DNA of 64,000 nucleotides from Kudoa neothunni (lineage: Eukaryota; Animalia; Cnidaria). The translations under genes were made by a program, and so were the position numbers. Location of the stretch: contig OZ199838.1 in the NCBI GenBank assembly GCA_964304625.1, positions 11,681,608 to 11,745,607 on the forward strand, given 5' to 3'. Positions 12,501 to 23,360 of the stretch are shown piece after piece; within the stretch, counting starts at the first letter, position 1, and each line of letters starts with the position of its first letter. The notes under the pieces are model-generated. The model saw only the letters and a list, made by a program, of their open reading frames with translations. It searched no databases and was not told the origin of the DNA.

Positions 12501-14345
12501 GTTCCAAAATTCCCGAATTTTGTTATGATCATTTCATATTTTTAAAATTCGTTTTTAACCTGATCTATATAATTTAATAGATTTGAAGATTATTTCAATC
12601 ACGGAAATAAAAAATTTTCACATCAGATTAAAACGGCTCATGTGAACTTTTACCTCATTCGTAACTGTATTAATGTGTCATTGATATCTCTAAAAAATTT
12701 TACATTGTCATTTATATTTTATTCATACAATTAAAAGAGTTGATTACATATATTTTGAAATGATATAAACAATTAATTCATTTTGTACTCATTTAATTCT
12801 CACACAAAGTTGTATGGTATTTGGATTACAAAAATATTGTAAACGATTAATTTTTATATGAGAAATATGCCTTTAAATTATACATTTCTAAACACTTATT
12901 ATTTTATAGTTAATTAAGAAATAAGTTAAAATTTTAAGGATGTAGAAAACGACGCGCCAATCTCAATTTGATTTAAAATTTTTGTATTAATGAGAATTAA
13001 TTTGATATTCGTTGCTTTTTGTGCATATAGTTATTTATTATGTTAGCGCTGAATTCTCAATTTTTAAAAAGACCGTCAAATTTGGCAATCCTTCGTTGAC
13101 CGAAATTGATACAGGTGTCAATACTACTTATACGGTATACGCTTACCATTAGACTAGTGTTATTATTTTTTTGATTTAGTTTCCATCTTGTATGGATTGG
13201 GGTGTTCACAGTTTGACGCTGGAAAGTTTTTTAAGAGATAGTACCAGCTTTGATTCCATTGTGCCTTTTTCAATCAGACAAAATATGGGCTACCATTTGA
13301 GAACTGCTTTAAAAGTATTTTGTAGTACTCAAAATTTACTTTATTTTCTCGAATCCAATTATGTGTTATTATGTGTAGCATGTTTTTACATCCGATGGAA
13401 GAGATGACAATCACCTACCAACAAAAGGAGCTATGCTACGTGTGTCTCAAGTACTGACTTATACTTTGATTACACCTTTTTTAAATTTAAATTCTGCTGT
13501 TTTTTGTTTATATTACATGTTTCATAACATCGAGTAAAATAGGAACTCAGCGGTTTTGGTACAAACTCGCAGTTCTTCAAAAATCAAATCCGACTTGAAG
13601 CCAACTACAAAACAAATATAATAAAAGATCTTGTATGCTATTTTATTTATTCATTTAATCAATTGGTTGTTTGATGTGCTTTAAACAATTTCAATTTATC
13701 ATACAATAAACTTAGGTGCTTTCAGGGGTGATAGATACTGGACTGATTCTTCCATTGGATCTCACCAACCCAATACCCACAAATGATAAGTAACTTAGTT
13801 TTTTGAAGGAACCTAATGATTGGGCGGTTGTGTAGATTCTTTTTGGGTGGGCCATTTAATATGAGGGGGTTTCGTTGGAATGCTATGGGGCCTAACGAGC
13901 ATGGACACAGCTTGGGTGGGGACCTCATGCTAAATCTTGGTACCCACATGTATCTACCTATTCCCATTCTGAGAAAATCTGAATTTGTAAACAATTTTTT
14001 TCGACTTCATTTCTTCACTAATGCGGGCTATTTGCAATCTTTTGGTCCTAACTACAGTATATTTCTCTGGGGTTGATTTTATTTTATTTATCAATAATTA
14101 GCTGAATTCTATAATAAAAATAAATTCATTAATTCGCTCAGCCGTGAAAACTGGAGATTATCTTATGGATGTGGTATAGTTTGCTCAATGGCTGGAAACA
14201 TACGGTTAGAAATGAACATTTCCAAGCCTCTATTGAGGGCTGCTAGTGACTTGTAATTATCATAATATAACGCAAATTATTAGCCAGAGTTAATTTTAGG
14301 TTGGACAATACACTTTCATTTGGTGCTGGAATTGAATTCAATTAG
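9575..14345 (+). CDS. SAMM50: Sorting and assembly machinery component 50 (mitochondrial Omp85 family), multi-exon
   Basis: POTRA start IKVTHIHISGLSKTKDEYV; DGRDDNHLPTKG; FFLGGPFNMRGF...GP...GHSLGGD; RLSYGCGIV...RLEMN; terminal beta-signal-like FGAGIEFN*. One long intron at about 10265-13046. Confidence 0.9.
11135..11978. mobile_element. Non-autonomous TIR element (piggyBac-like MITE) in the long SAMM50 intron
   Basis: Imperfect inverted repeats of about 37 nt: CCCTCCAAATAAAAATGGGGTAGAAATTTACCCCA (about 11138-11171) versus TGGGGTAGATTTCTATCCCATTTTATTTAGAAGTTTAA (11941-11978), ending in TTAA. No ORF. Confidence 0.6.
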
Positions 14346-14380
14346 ATTCTATTTTTCCTGTTTAATCGATTTATTTTTTT

Positions 14381-14391
14381 GTGCATGCGCG
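14381..14391. promoter_or_regulatory. NRF1/Ewg-like motif just upstream of the ISCA2 ATG (similar motifs precede METTL1, ERO1 and PPIH)
   Basis: GTGCATGCGCG ends about 10 nt before the ATG at 14401; a recurrent CpG-rich motif in very AT-rich DNA. Confidence 0.5.
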
Positions 14392-14400
14392 AGGGATTAG

Positions 14401-14944
14401 ATGAGTTTGAATTTAGTGTCAAACATCATACGTGCTCTTCCCAAGGGGAGAGTGAATTTGAAATTGGTTTATAGAAATTTTTCTTTTAAAGGGAACCCTG
14501 AGCCGGAAGTTAACTGCCCGGAAGACCATTACACTTTGAAAATAAGTGATAGTGCCGCCAAGGTGATCTTTGTGAACCAAGAGGTTAGCTTTTAACGTCT
14601 AATTAGCGACTGCAACAAGTCTTGAAACCAAATCAAATGCTCAGAATTTCAGTGACATCTGGTGGTTGTTCAGGGTTGAAATATGGCTTCAACGTAGAAA
14701 CAGTTACCGATGAAGATGATTTGTAGACTTCTTAAATTTTTTTCCCCTTTTATGTGTCGTTAGGATTATCAATACTGAGCAAGGTCAAAGAGTTGTTGTT
14801 GATAATGTGAGTTTCGAGTATATCAACGGAAGCACCCTAACTTACAAAGAACAACTGATTAAGTCTGCGTTTTCAATCGAAAACAATCCTCAAGCTAAAG
14901 TTGGATGCGGTTGTGGCGTATCGTTCGATCCAAAGGATACATAG
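14401..14944 (+). CDS. ISCA2: Mitochondrial iron-sulfur cluster assembly protein ISCA2 (HesB family), 3 exons
   Basis: Basic presequence-like N-terminus; LRISVTSGGCSGLKYGF; VVVDNVSFEYINGSTLTYKEQLIKSAF; NNPQAKVGCGCGVSF (three conserved Cys); TAG at 14942-14944. Confidence 0.9.
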
Positions 14945-15489
14945 GATTATATAACTGCTAGATTAGTTTTTATTTGTATTGTATTGTATTTTATTTTCAA
15001 TTTTTATCTTTTTGTTAATGATTGTGGAAATGTAAGTTCGCTTTGCGCGGGTTCACCCTTCATGGTTCGGAAATTAAATTTGACGCTTGGAGTTAAAATG
15101 TGTGATGCGAAGTTGTATCGATATTTTTTATTTTATAAAATCAACACGTAAATATTCGAAAATTACTTATACATTAACTTAAATATGAAACAATTATTGC
15201 ACATTTGGGAAATTTAGAGATAAAACATCAGCTAATTTATTTTCTTTCGAAAATTCATTTACTAATAATTAATTATTTGTTATGAGTATTTATAAATTAA
15301 AAGTTTGATATAAGCATTATTTTAGTAGATATTCCCATCCGTTGCAATAATCACTGATTTTCTGGTCCCTAAGAGAGTCAATGACGAGATGGAAATAATT
15401 AAATATAACCAATTTTAAACATTAACATGTTTATAGCTTTTGAGCAAGAGTCGCAGGGATTAAAAATTTCAAAGCGCGTGCGTAACACA

Positions 15490-15660
15490 TCGTTTAGGAC
15501 AGTGGTGCCCGCACCTTAGGGGCGCGAACTTTGGTCTCTGGGGTTCGAGATCCGACCAATATTGAAAATAATTTTGGAGAAATTCTGAGTCAATTACACC
15601 TTATCGTATGTAAAGGGGGTGAGAGTCCAGTTTTAGTTGAGAAGCGCTGGTTTAGGATTA
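15490..15660 (+). mobile_element. tRNA-derived SINE-like or tRNA-pseudogene fragment
   Basis: GC-rich island with A-box-like TAGGACAGTGG and B-box-like GGTTCGAGATCC at tRNA-like spacing; no clean cloverleaf. Confidence 0.35.
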
Positions 15661-16016
15661 AAATTGACCAGACGAATAGCTTATGCTCATTTCTTTAAAT
15701 TCAGATGTGCATGCAACGTGCGTTTATTCTACACGTTATTTTTATTGCATACCATATATTCCTATCCCCCAAAAGTGCGCATTATGCGAGTTTGACTGTA
15801 TATAAATAATATAGATGACAGAAGTTTTAGAAAAATAGAAATCGCAAAGTACTTTTTTAAAAATATATAATGGTTCTCAATGTAATAATGTCATCAGTGA
15901 ATTTTCTATCGACATAAAGATTCAAAATACTAAGACATTGCATTATTTGGTTAATACTGAAAACTTAGAAAATATATGTTGTATTAACAAGGGTGTCCAA
16001 TCCAAAGACAATTCTA

Positions 16017-16048
16017 ATTAGATTAGATTAGGTTAGATTAGATTAGAT
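16017..16048. repeat. (ATTAG)n pentanucleotide microsatellite
   Basis: About 6.5 tandem copies, one GTTAG variant. Confidence 0.85.
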
Positions 16049-16553
16049 CATGGCGACTTACTATTATAATTAGGAGCATTTTTCTCATGGGTCCTTTTGA
16101 TAAATGCACGTAGTAACACGGTTTAGTCATTAGATAATTATTCGAATGAATATAATAAACTTGGCGGGTAATAATTTAATTCGTATGTAATATTTTTTTT
16201 ATTTTTATTTGTTAAAACTGTTTAATTAAATTAATTAAAATGATAATTTCATAAACCAACGACAAGTAAATAGAAAGAGCACATTTGGTGAAATTATAAG
16301 ACTTTTTACGGACAATTAAAAATTGGTACATAATATAAAACTCAAAAATATTTGTGGACTCAAAGTCCAATGGAGAATGACCATTCTGGTTATTCCGTGG
16401 AATATTATGAATCATTTCACACCTTTAAAGACATCGGCAGGTAGGTGTTAGCCGTTTTATTCAATCTAAAGCAGCGTCTTTCACACTTAATCGGAAAATA
16501 CCCGATAAATTAATTTTTATAGAAATTTAAATTTTATCAGTAAAATTAAAGAA

Positions 16554-19500
16554 ATGATTCCCTTTCTTTTATTGTCATTAATTCTTTTGATATGCGAATT
16601 TTACGGGAATTGGTTCCAAGTAGCTATGAATCACAACTCCACTCTGGAAAATATTGATCAAACTTTTTCAGCGTCAATTGACTACAGCGTGGATCCTTGC
16701 GACGATTTTTACGAATTTTGTTGCAGGAAATGGATAAATAAACATCCTTTAGGTGCCAAAGATCTTGAAATAAGCACTTTCAGTATAGTTTCCGATAAGA
16801 TCAATGAACAGATTCTACTTCTGTTGAATGGAACGGTAGAATTTGCCACACCTCCAAATATTGGTATGATAAAAGCAATGAAACAATACAAATCATGCAT
16901 GAATTTGGAAGTAATTGAAAAATTAAATGTGGCGCCATTGCTCAGTCATCTCAAAACACTCCAAATACCCATGATTGGTGACATGAAAACTGTCGAAGAG
17001 TGGGATGTTATCCAGGGCATTATTAACTACACCAAAACACATACTATTACTCCATTATTTTTTGATGTCGATGTTAACCATGATCACTTTAATTCTTCTC
17101 GTATGATTGTTAAGGTAATATGATTAGCTGTTGTTGCATTTTTACATTGTAATTCACCACTGCATATACTTAGTTGGATGAGGGTTCTTTGGGGCTAACC
17201 AAGGAATTGATTTTGTCCGACAGCCAAGTAGTCTTCGAATGCTACTCTATACAAATAACTGAGTTCAATAGGCGGTAAATTTGTATAGATCTTTGATTGA
17301 GAGTGTATTCACCTTGATCAAACCACATATGGATTATGATTTTGACATAAAAAATGTTGTCAATGGAATAATAGAATTTGAGAAAAAATTGGCCAAAGTA
17401 GCGGTTACTTCATATCGTGAATGTTTTATTTTCTAATAGGTTTCAATGGACCAATACAATAAATCTAGGTCAAATTCTCTTAGAAGAACCACCGTCAATG
17501 AGCTTAGAGCATCTGTATCAACAGTAAGTTACATTTTTTTTACAAAATTTAAATGATAAAGAGAGTTATTATCTTTTTAATAGCTAATATCCCATCCAGT
17601 TTGAATTTTTTCTAAACATTTTAATTTATTAATCCTCTTGTGGAGAAAATTTAAAAAATTAATACTTCGTATTATTAAATGATTAGATGAAATTTAAACC
17701 AGAATATTAAATAAAGATTTTATTTATTAATTATTCTGAACATCATATTGCGAAATAAATATATAAACTTATAATACATTTAAAATTTAATATAATAAAT
17801 AAAATATTTCTAGTGTATAATAAAAATTTCAAACAAACTTTTTAAATAAAATTCAACATCTTAAAGTTTATAAGACTTTATCTAGTAGTATATGGTTATG
17901 ATTCGATTGGTTATTAAACGTACATAAATTAAATATTCCTTATAAAAATTTTACCTTAAATTCATAATGAAAAAAATATTTAAACGAATAAACGTATATT
18001 TAGGTGGATTGGCTGGAATTTTTCAAGATGGTGTTTTCAAATGATTCCGTTATTGTTGGTGACCTTACTATAATAACCATCAATCCAAATTATTTATACG
18101 AGATGACAAATATGTTGATAAGATTGCCTAAGAGGTAGATAGCCAATAAGAATGTCCACCAATAATGAAATAACTTTAGAGATATTGCCAATTACATGTG
18201 GTGGAGAATAATACAGTCCAAGTTGCATCTATTAGGATGTAAATATCGAAAGCTTCACAACATTTACACTAAACAACTGAACGACGGATCAATCAAAAAG
18301 GCAATACCGTTAAATAAGATTATACTGGAAAACTGCACCAATCTTGACCAAGATAAGGCACATCAACCGAGGGACCAATATTGTTCAAACAGTGTTAATG
18401 CCCAATTTGGGATAGCAATAGCCAGTGCGTATATTGACAAATATTTGAGTGGTTATCAGTTGCACCAAGTATTTGATATTATCATGACACTTTTGTAACA
18501 AATAAATAATTCGTAGGCAAAAAAACTCATAGCTGAGGTGATATACGCCTTGGAACAACGAATTAAACGCTATGATTGGATTGACATAATCACACGTATA
18601 AGGATATTAGACAAAGTATTCTTAAATAGTGGGAAAATTGATTCAATAAATAACTAGATGGGAAGCGTTCATAGAAAGATTGGATATCCATCTTATATCT
18701 ACAACGAAAGCTATATTGAAAGTAGATTTGGTGACCGTATTCTGAAGATTGAGGAGAATTCATTCTATGCCAATACCAACCAAATAGATCATCTATTTAG
18801 AATGCTGTCGTTGAAAAGGCTAACTGAACCCATATGGTCCGAAAAGTAATTATAATTTAGTGTAGAAATAGTCTATAGTTGTCTTAATAGATGGGCCATG
18901 TATCCACAGACACTCAACGCAATGTATCAATTTTTCAACAATGAAATAGGTACAATATGTGTTTATAAATTGGACTGACATTATTTTTCTAACATCAATT
19001 TATAATTAGTGATACCGGCTGGAATTTTGCGTACTCCATTTTTCTACTCATCAACCAACGACAATATTCCAATGTATCAAAGATTCGTATTATTATTATT
19101 GTTAGTACAGTGATCTAGGTCACTTTCTTTTGGTGCTCTTGGCTCGATCGTTGGCCACGAATTGACTCACTCAATTGATTCAACAGGTAATCAGAAACAT
19201 TCGTCAACCATTTTCTATTAAAATTATAAATTAAGGAAGAAAATTTGACAAAAAAGGTAACGCAGTGAAAGAATGGTGGGAAGGAGAATCGCTCATTGAG
19301 TTCAATAAAAAGGCTGTTTGTTTCCTAGAACAATACTCGGATTACACTATTCACAATCAACCCGTAAATCTTCCTAAACTCATCATCATATTAATATCAA
19401 GATGGCGTTTCAATTTAGGTTGATGGTAAAAAAACACTCGCAGAGAATATTGCAGATAACGGCGGAATAAATATAGCCTACCATGTATGTATTATACTTG

Positions 19501-19921
19501 GTGTTCAATTTGATTGAATTAATGGAATCTAACTTGTAGGCCTATCTCAATTATCTCTCTAAAATCGCCTCAGAGGACAGTCTAACACACAAACCTTTTA
19601 TCATGACAAATTTTACCAACAATCAATTATTTTTTGTTTCCTACGCACAAGTATTTGGTTAATTATAAAGTTTAAATCAAACTATATATAGCAATATTGT
19701 ATAACTGGCCAAGAGAAATATGCCCAAATTAATATGATTAACGAAAGTCATGCCCCCTCAAAACTCAGGTAATTATAACCAAACAATTATCTTTCATTTG
19801 ATCCTAATCCTGTAAAATCAGAGTTATTGGATCGCTTTCAAATATGCAACAATTCAGTAGAGCATTCAACTGCAGAAACAATACAAAAATGAACCCAACC
19901 AGAAAATGCATTTTGTGGTGA
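16554..19921 (+). CDS. M13 (neprilysin/ECE-family) zinc metallopeptidase, multi-exon, N-terminal signal/anchor
   Basis: [17 protein letters not shown]; KIGYP; NAMYQF...[11 protein letters not shown]; [13 protein letters not shown] (HExxH); [11 protein letters not shown]; [14 protein letters not shown]...FNC...[10 protein letters not shown]; TGA at 19919-19921. Confidence 0.93.
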
Positions 19922-20126
19922 AACGAAGCGGCAAATATTTTAGCCTTGAACTTTGTTATAACTTTCAGTAACAAATAATAAAACTATATATTTTGTCATA
20001 TATACGCCGACTTGAATGTGTTTGCAAAAAAAATAGAAATATTTTAATCGAAAAATAATCTGCAAAGAAAACACACACATATAACATCATTAAGAATGAA
20101 TCAATGCATAAATGTAAAATTTGACT

Positions 20127-20402
20127 CTAAATGAATTGTTCAGTCCATTCGAACAGTGCGTTATAGCACTGTACAGCAGATTTTGTGTTCTTCAGTTCGC
20201 ATACTTCAGTCATCCAATCAACAAACGCATCGTGATCCTTATCCAGCACCAGAAACTGTCCAAGAACATGGTATGCTTTTGTGAATCCGACACTTTCCAA
20301 GCGGTGCGAATACACATCACCAATTCCTGGCAAGTCCTTTGTGCTTTTATCCTTGATAGGATCGGCTACAAATGTTTTATGTTTTTGTGAAGTGGACGAC
20401 AT
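20127..20402 (-). CDS. BANF1: Barrier-to-autointegration factor
   Basis: MSSTSQKHKTFVADPIKDK...LPGIGDV...GFTKAYHVLGQFLVL...EWTEQFI, 91 aa, typical BAF. Confidence 0.95.
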   Translation of the reverse strand: MSSTSQKHKTFVADPIKDKSTKDLPGIGDVYSHRLESVGFTKAYHVLGQFLVLDKDHDAFVDWMTEVCELKNTKSAVQCYNALFEWTEQFI

Positions 20403-23360
20403 ATTCTAAACTGCATAATAAAAATTCCAACGTATGCCATGGGAGTTACTTTATAATCGATAGACGACTGGGCACACTAAAATATCCCCCAACAGCAGAA
20501 GTAAAGCTTAGGCGCAGAAAGCGAATCGCGCATACAAAAAAGGATTACATAATATAAACAATAAATAGGGTGCTGTTTTTGGTGTTATTTTTTCAAATTA
20601 TTTACATCAAATTTTCTACTAATAATACTTATTATTCTTCGTGATTCCTGTACTGACACAAATTCACAATGGGCCATTATATCGGAAGGGATTCTAAATG
20701 AAAGTGTTAATCCTCCACAATATCATTTTGATGTCAGATCAACGACTGGTGATAATTCAAAGTGCAATCAACCTACTTTACAGATAGAATATTTCCAATA
20801 CCACCTATATTGGCTAATAGATTGAGGGTTTTTACAAAATTTATTTCGAACAGCCTTGACATTAGTTCACATATCTAAACAATAAGAAAATAAAAAATAG
20901 TTAGATTTGATGCACAACGCAATCAACATTTAGATAGTTATCAGACTATTTTAGCTGAGTGAATAATTAAAATACGACATCGGCAATATCCGCCTGTTTT
21001 GTAGGGGATATTTATCTAACTTGAATGTGGAGTTTGTTTACGTCAAGATAGGTCCAACATATAGTTAAAAATTGTATATTTTAAACGTTAATGTTTAAAT
21101 TGAACTTTAAGATATAAATCCAGCATCTTTATTTTGTACTTAAAGTAAACGTGTGTTAATAAAGTGGATATGTAAAATTTTTCATTGTAAATCATGAAGA
21201 TTAGGGGCTAAAAATTAATCCGCGGTTATTAAGTTAATTCAGTTGAAGGTGGACGAAAAAATTAATTTTACGAGTTATATGAGTAAAAATGTTTTAACTA
21301 TTACACAATTAATATTATTTATATTACTTTTTGGGATAAAAAATGGAAAAAATCAAATGAACAAAAGTCGTATTTAATAGGATTAATAAGTGGGAAAATT
21401 TTAAACCTAAAATGAATTTTATAAAAAATATTCAGATAAGATTAGCTTATATATTTATAAAAATACTAAAATAAACGCAAAAAATATTAATTGTATTAAG
21501 TGACATATTTAACAAATTCTAACTCAACCCATTAATATTTTGGGTAGAGGATCCTTATTTAATTCTTATATATATATATATATATATATGTAAGGAAGAA
21601 TTAATTGAATCCATAAATGACTACTCATATAAAAAATTATTGCAACGATAAGCTATTATTCCAATAAACAATAAAAATTTGATATGTCACCGCTGCTGAA
21701 ACGGGGAGGCGAGAATCTATCTTTACTTAATTAAACCTATTTTTACACACTAATAGCCATTACATATATAAAATTAGAAGAAATATTTCTAATATAAATA
21801 TCATATAGTTATTAGATTATTTTTGTCATCTACAAAGAATAATTTTAGAAAGTGGCTATATTTCAAGTACCTGATAATCCATAATCCAATCGTGCTCAGA
21901 CTATATCTCAGGTAATGAATATCTCCAAAACTACCGCATATATTTTATTTATATTTTTCATATTGTCTAATATTTGCCTACCTTAATTTTTTTTAAGTTT
22001 TAGAAGAATTTGTAGAAGAATAAATTTTCAGTCGTGCAACCATCATAAATCCATCAATAATTTAACGTATTTATCACATATTTTTTAAACATTTCGATAA
22101 AAAGAGCATATTACATTTTTAGATTGGTCGATATAAATAATTCACTTTTAGTTTAGAAACAATTTTAGCTCTCATTGTATTCATTCGGATAGGAGTAATA
22201 AAAGATGAGTTCTAGCACGTTTATATACGGAATGTGGCTTATTTCCTCCGAAAATCTTTAAATTTTCACAATATAATATGAATAATTAATATTCTAATCT
22301 TCATAAATATTAACCTTCTTTTCGAAATAATTGTAAATTTCACCGATGGAAAAAGTAATATTTTTATAGAGGTCTTTAATGTGGATCCTATATTAGAAAA
22401 TAATGAATGGTGTTTCCATCACTATTGACAGAAAAAAACAATTTGAAATAAAATTGTTCGGGCAGAAGTTAAAATAAAACCAAATTTTTAGATGGTGTTG
22501 GTTAAATGCGACATTTAAAATTTGATATGGGTTGAAATTTGTTTAAAACTAAAATAAGAAGAAATATTTTACGATTAAATTACTGATAATGAAAATTATG
22601 CGTCTTCTGTTGATTTTAATTGGAATCGCGCTCATCAAAAAGACAAAAATTGACACAAATAATGATTAAGAACTTCAAAGAAACAATTATTTACTAATGA
22701 TAAAATTATAAATACCATAGAACAGCCTATATTACAAGTTACCATTAAAATATTATTTTCGTTGAATTTTTGACCCCAAAATTCCATCGAAATTATGGTA
22801 ATTGGAAATCAAAGAGCGAGTTGTTTGACAAAGATTACAAATGTGAAAATAGGTAAATATAATAATAAACAGTAAAAACTAAAATTACACATGAATTTCA
22901 TTTTCATAAGTAATTTAACTGTCAACTTTTATGGCTTTTATTTCGCATTTTTAGTTACATTACATTTCCTTTAAAAATACAAATAATGTGTGAAAAAATA
23001 CAGTGAAAATTTTTAAATTGTTTTGTATCTAATAAATTATAATTTTTTTTAAACCCAAATTTCTAAAAATATATGAAACTACGCTAGATTATTGATAGAC
23101 CCGGGGTGGTTGCTCTATTAAAAATTGAATTAAGTAAATATTATATAACATAAATATAATATGAAATAGTTTGGGAGATATTCGTTCCCTAAGATATAGT
23201 CACTACCTTATTATTTTAATTCTGTTAAAAAAATGTTGAGGTCTTTCATATAGTTTAAGTTATAAGTATAGTGGTAAACAAATTAAATATTTTTAAAAAC
23301 AGATAAACTCATACCTTTAAATTTTTATCTGTTAAATAGTCATTTTTGAATTGGAGTGGT

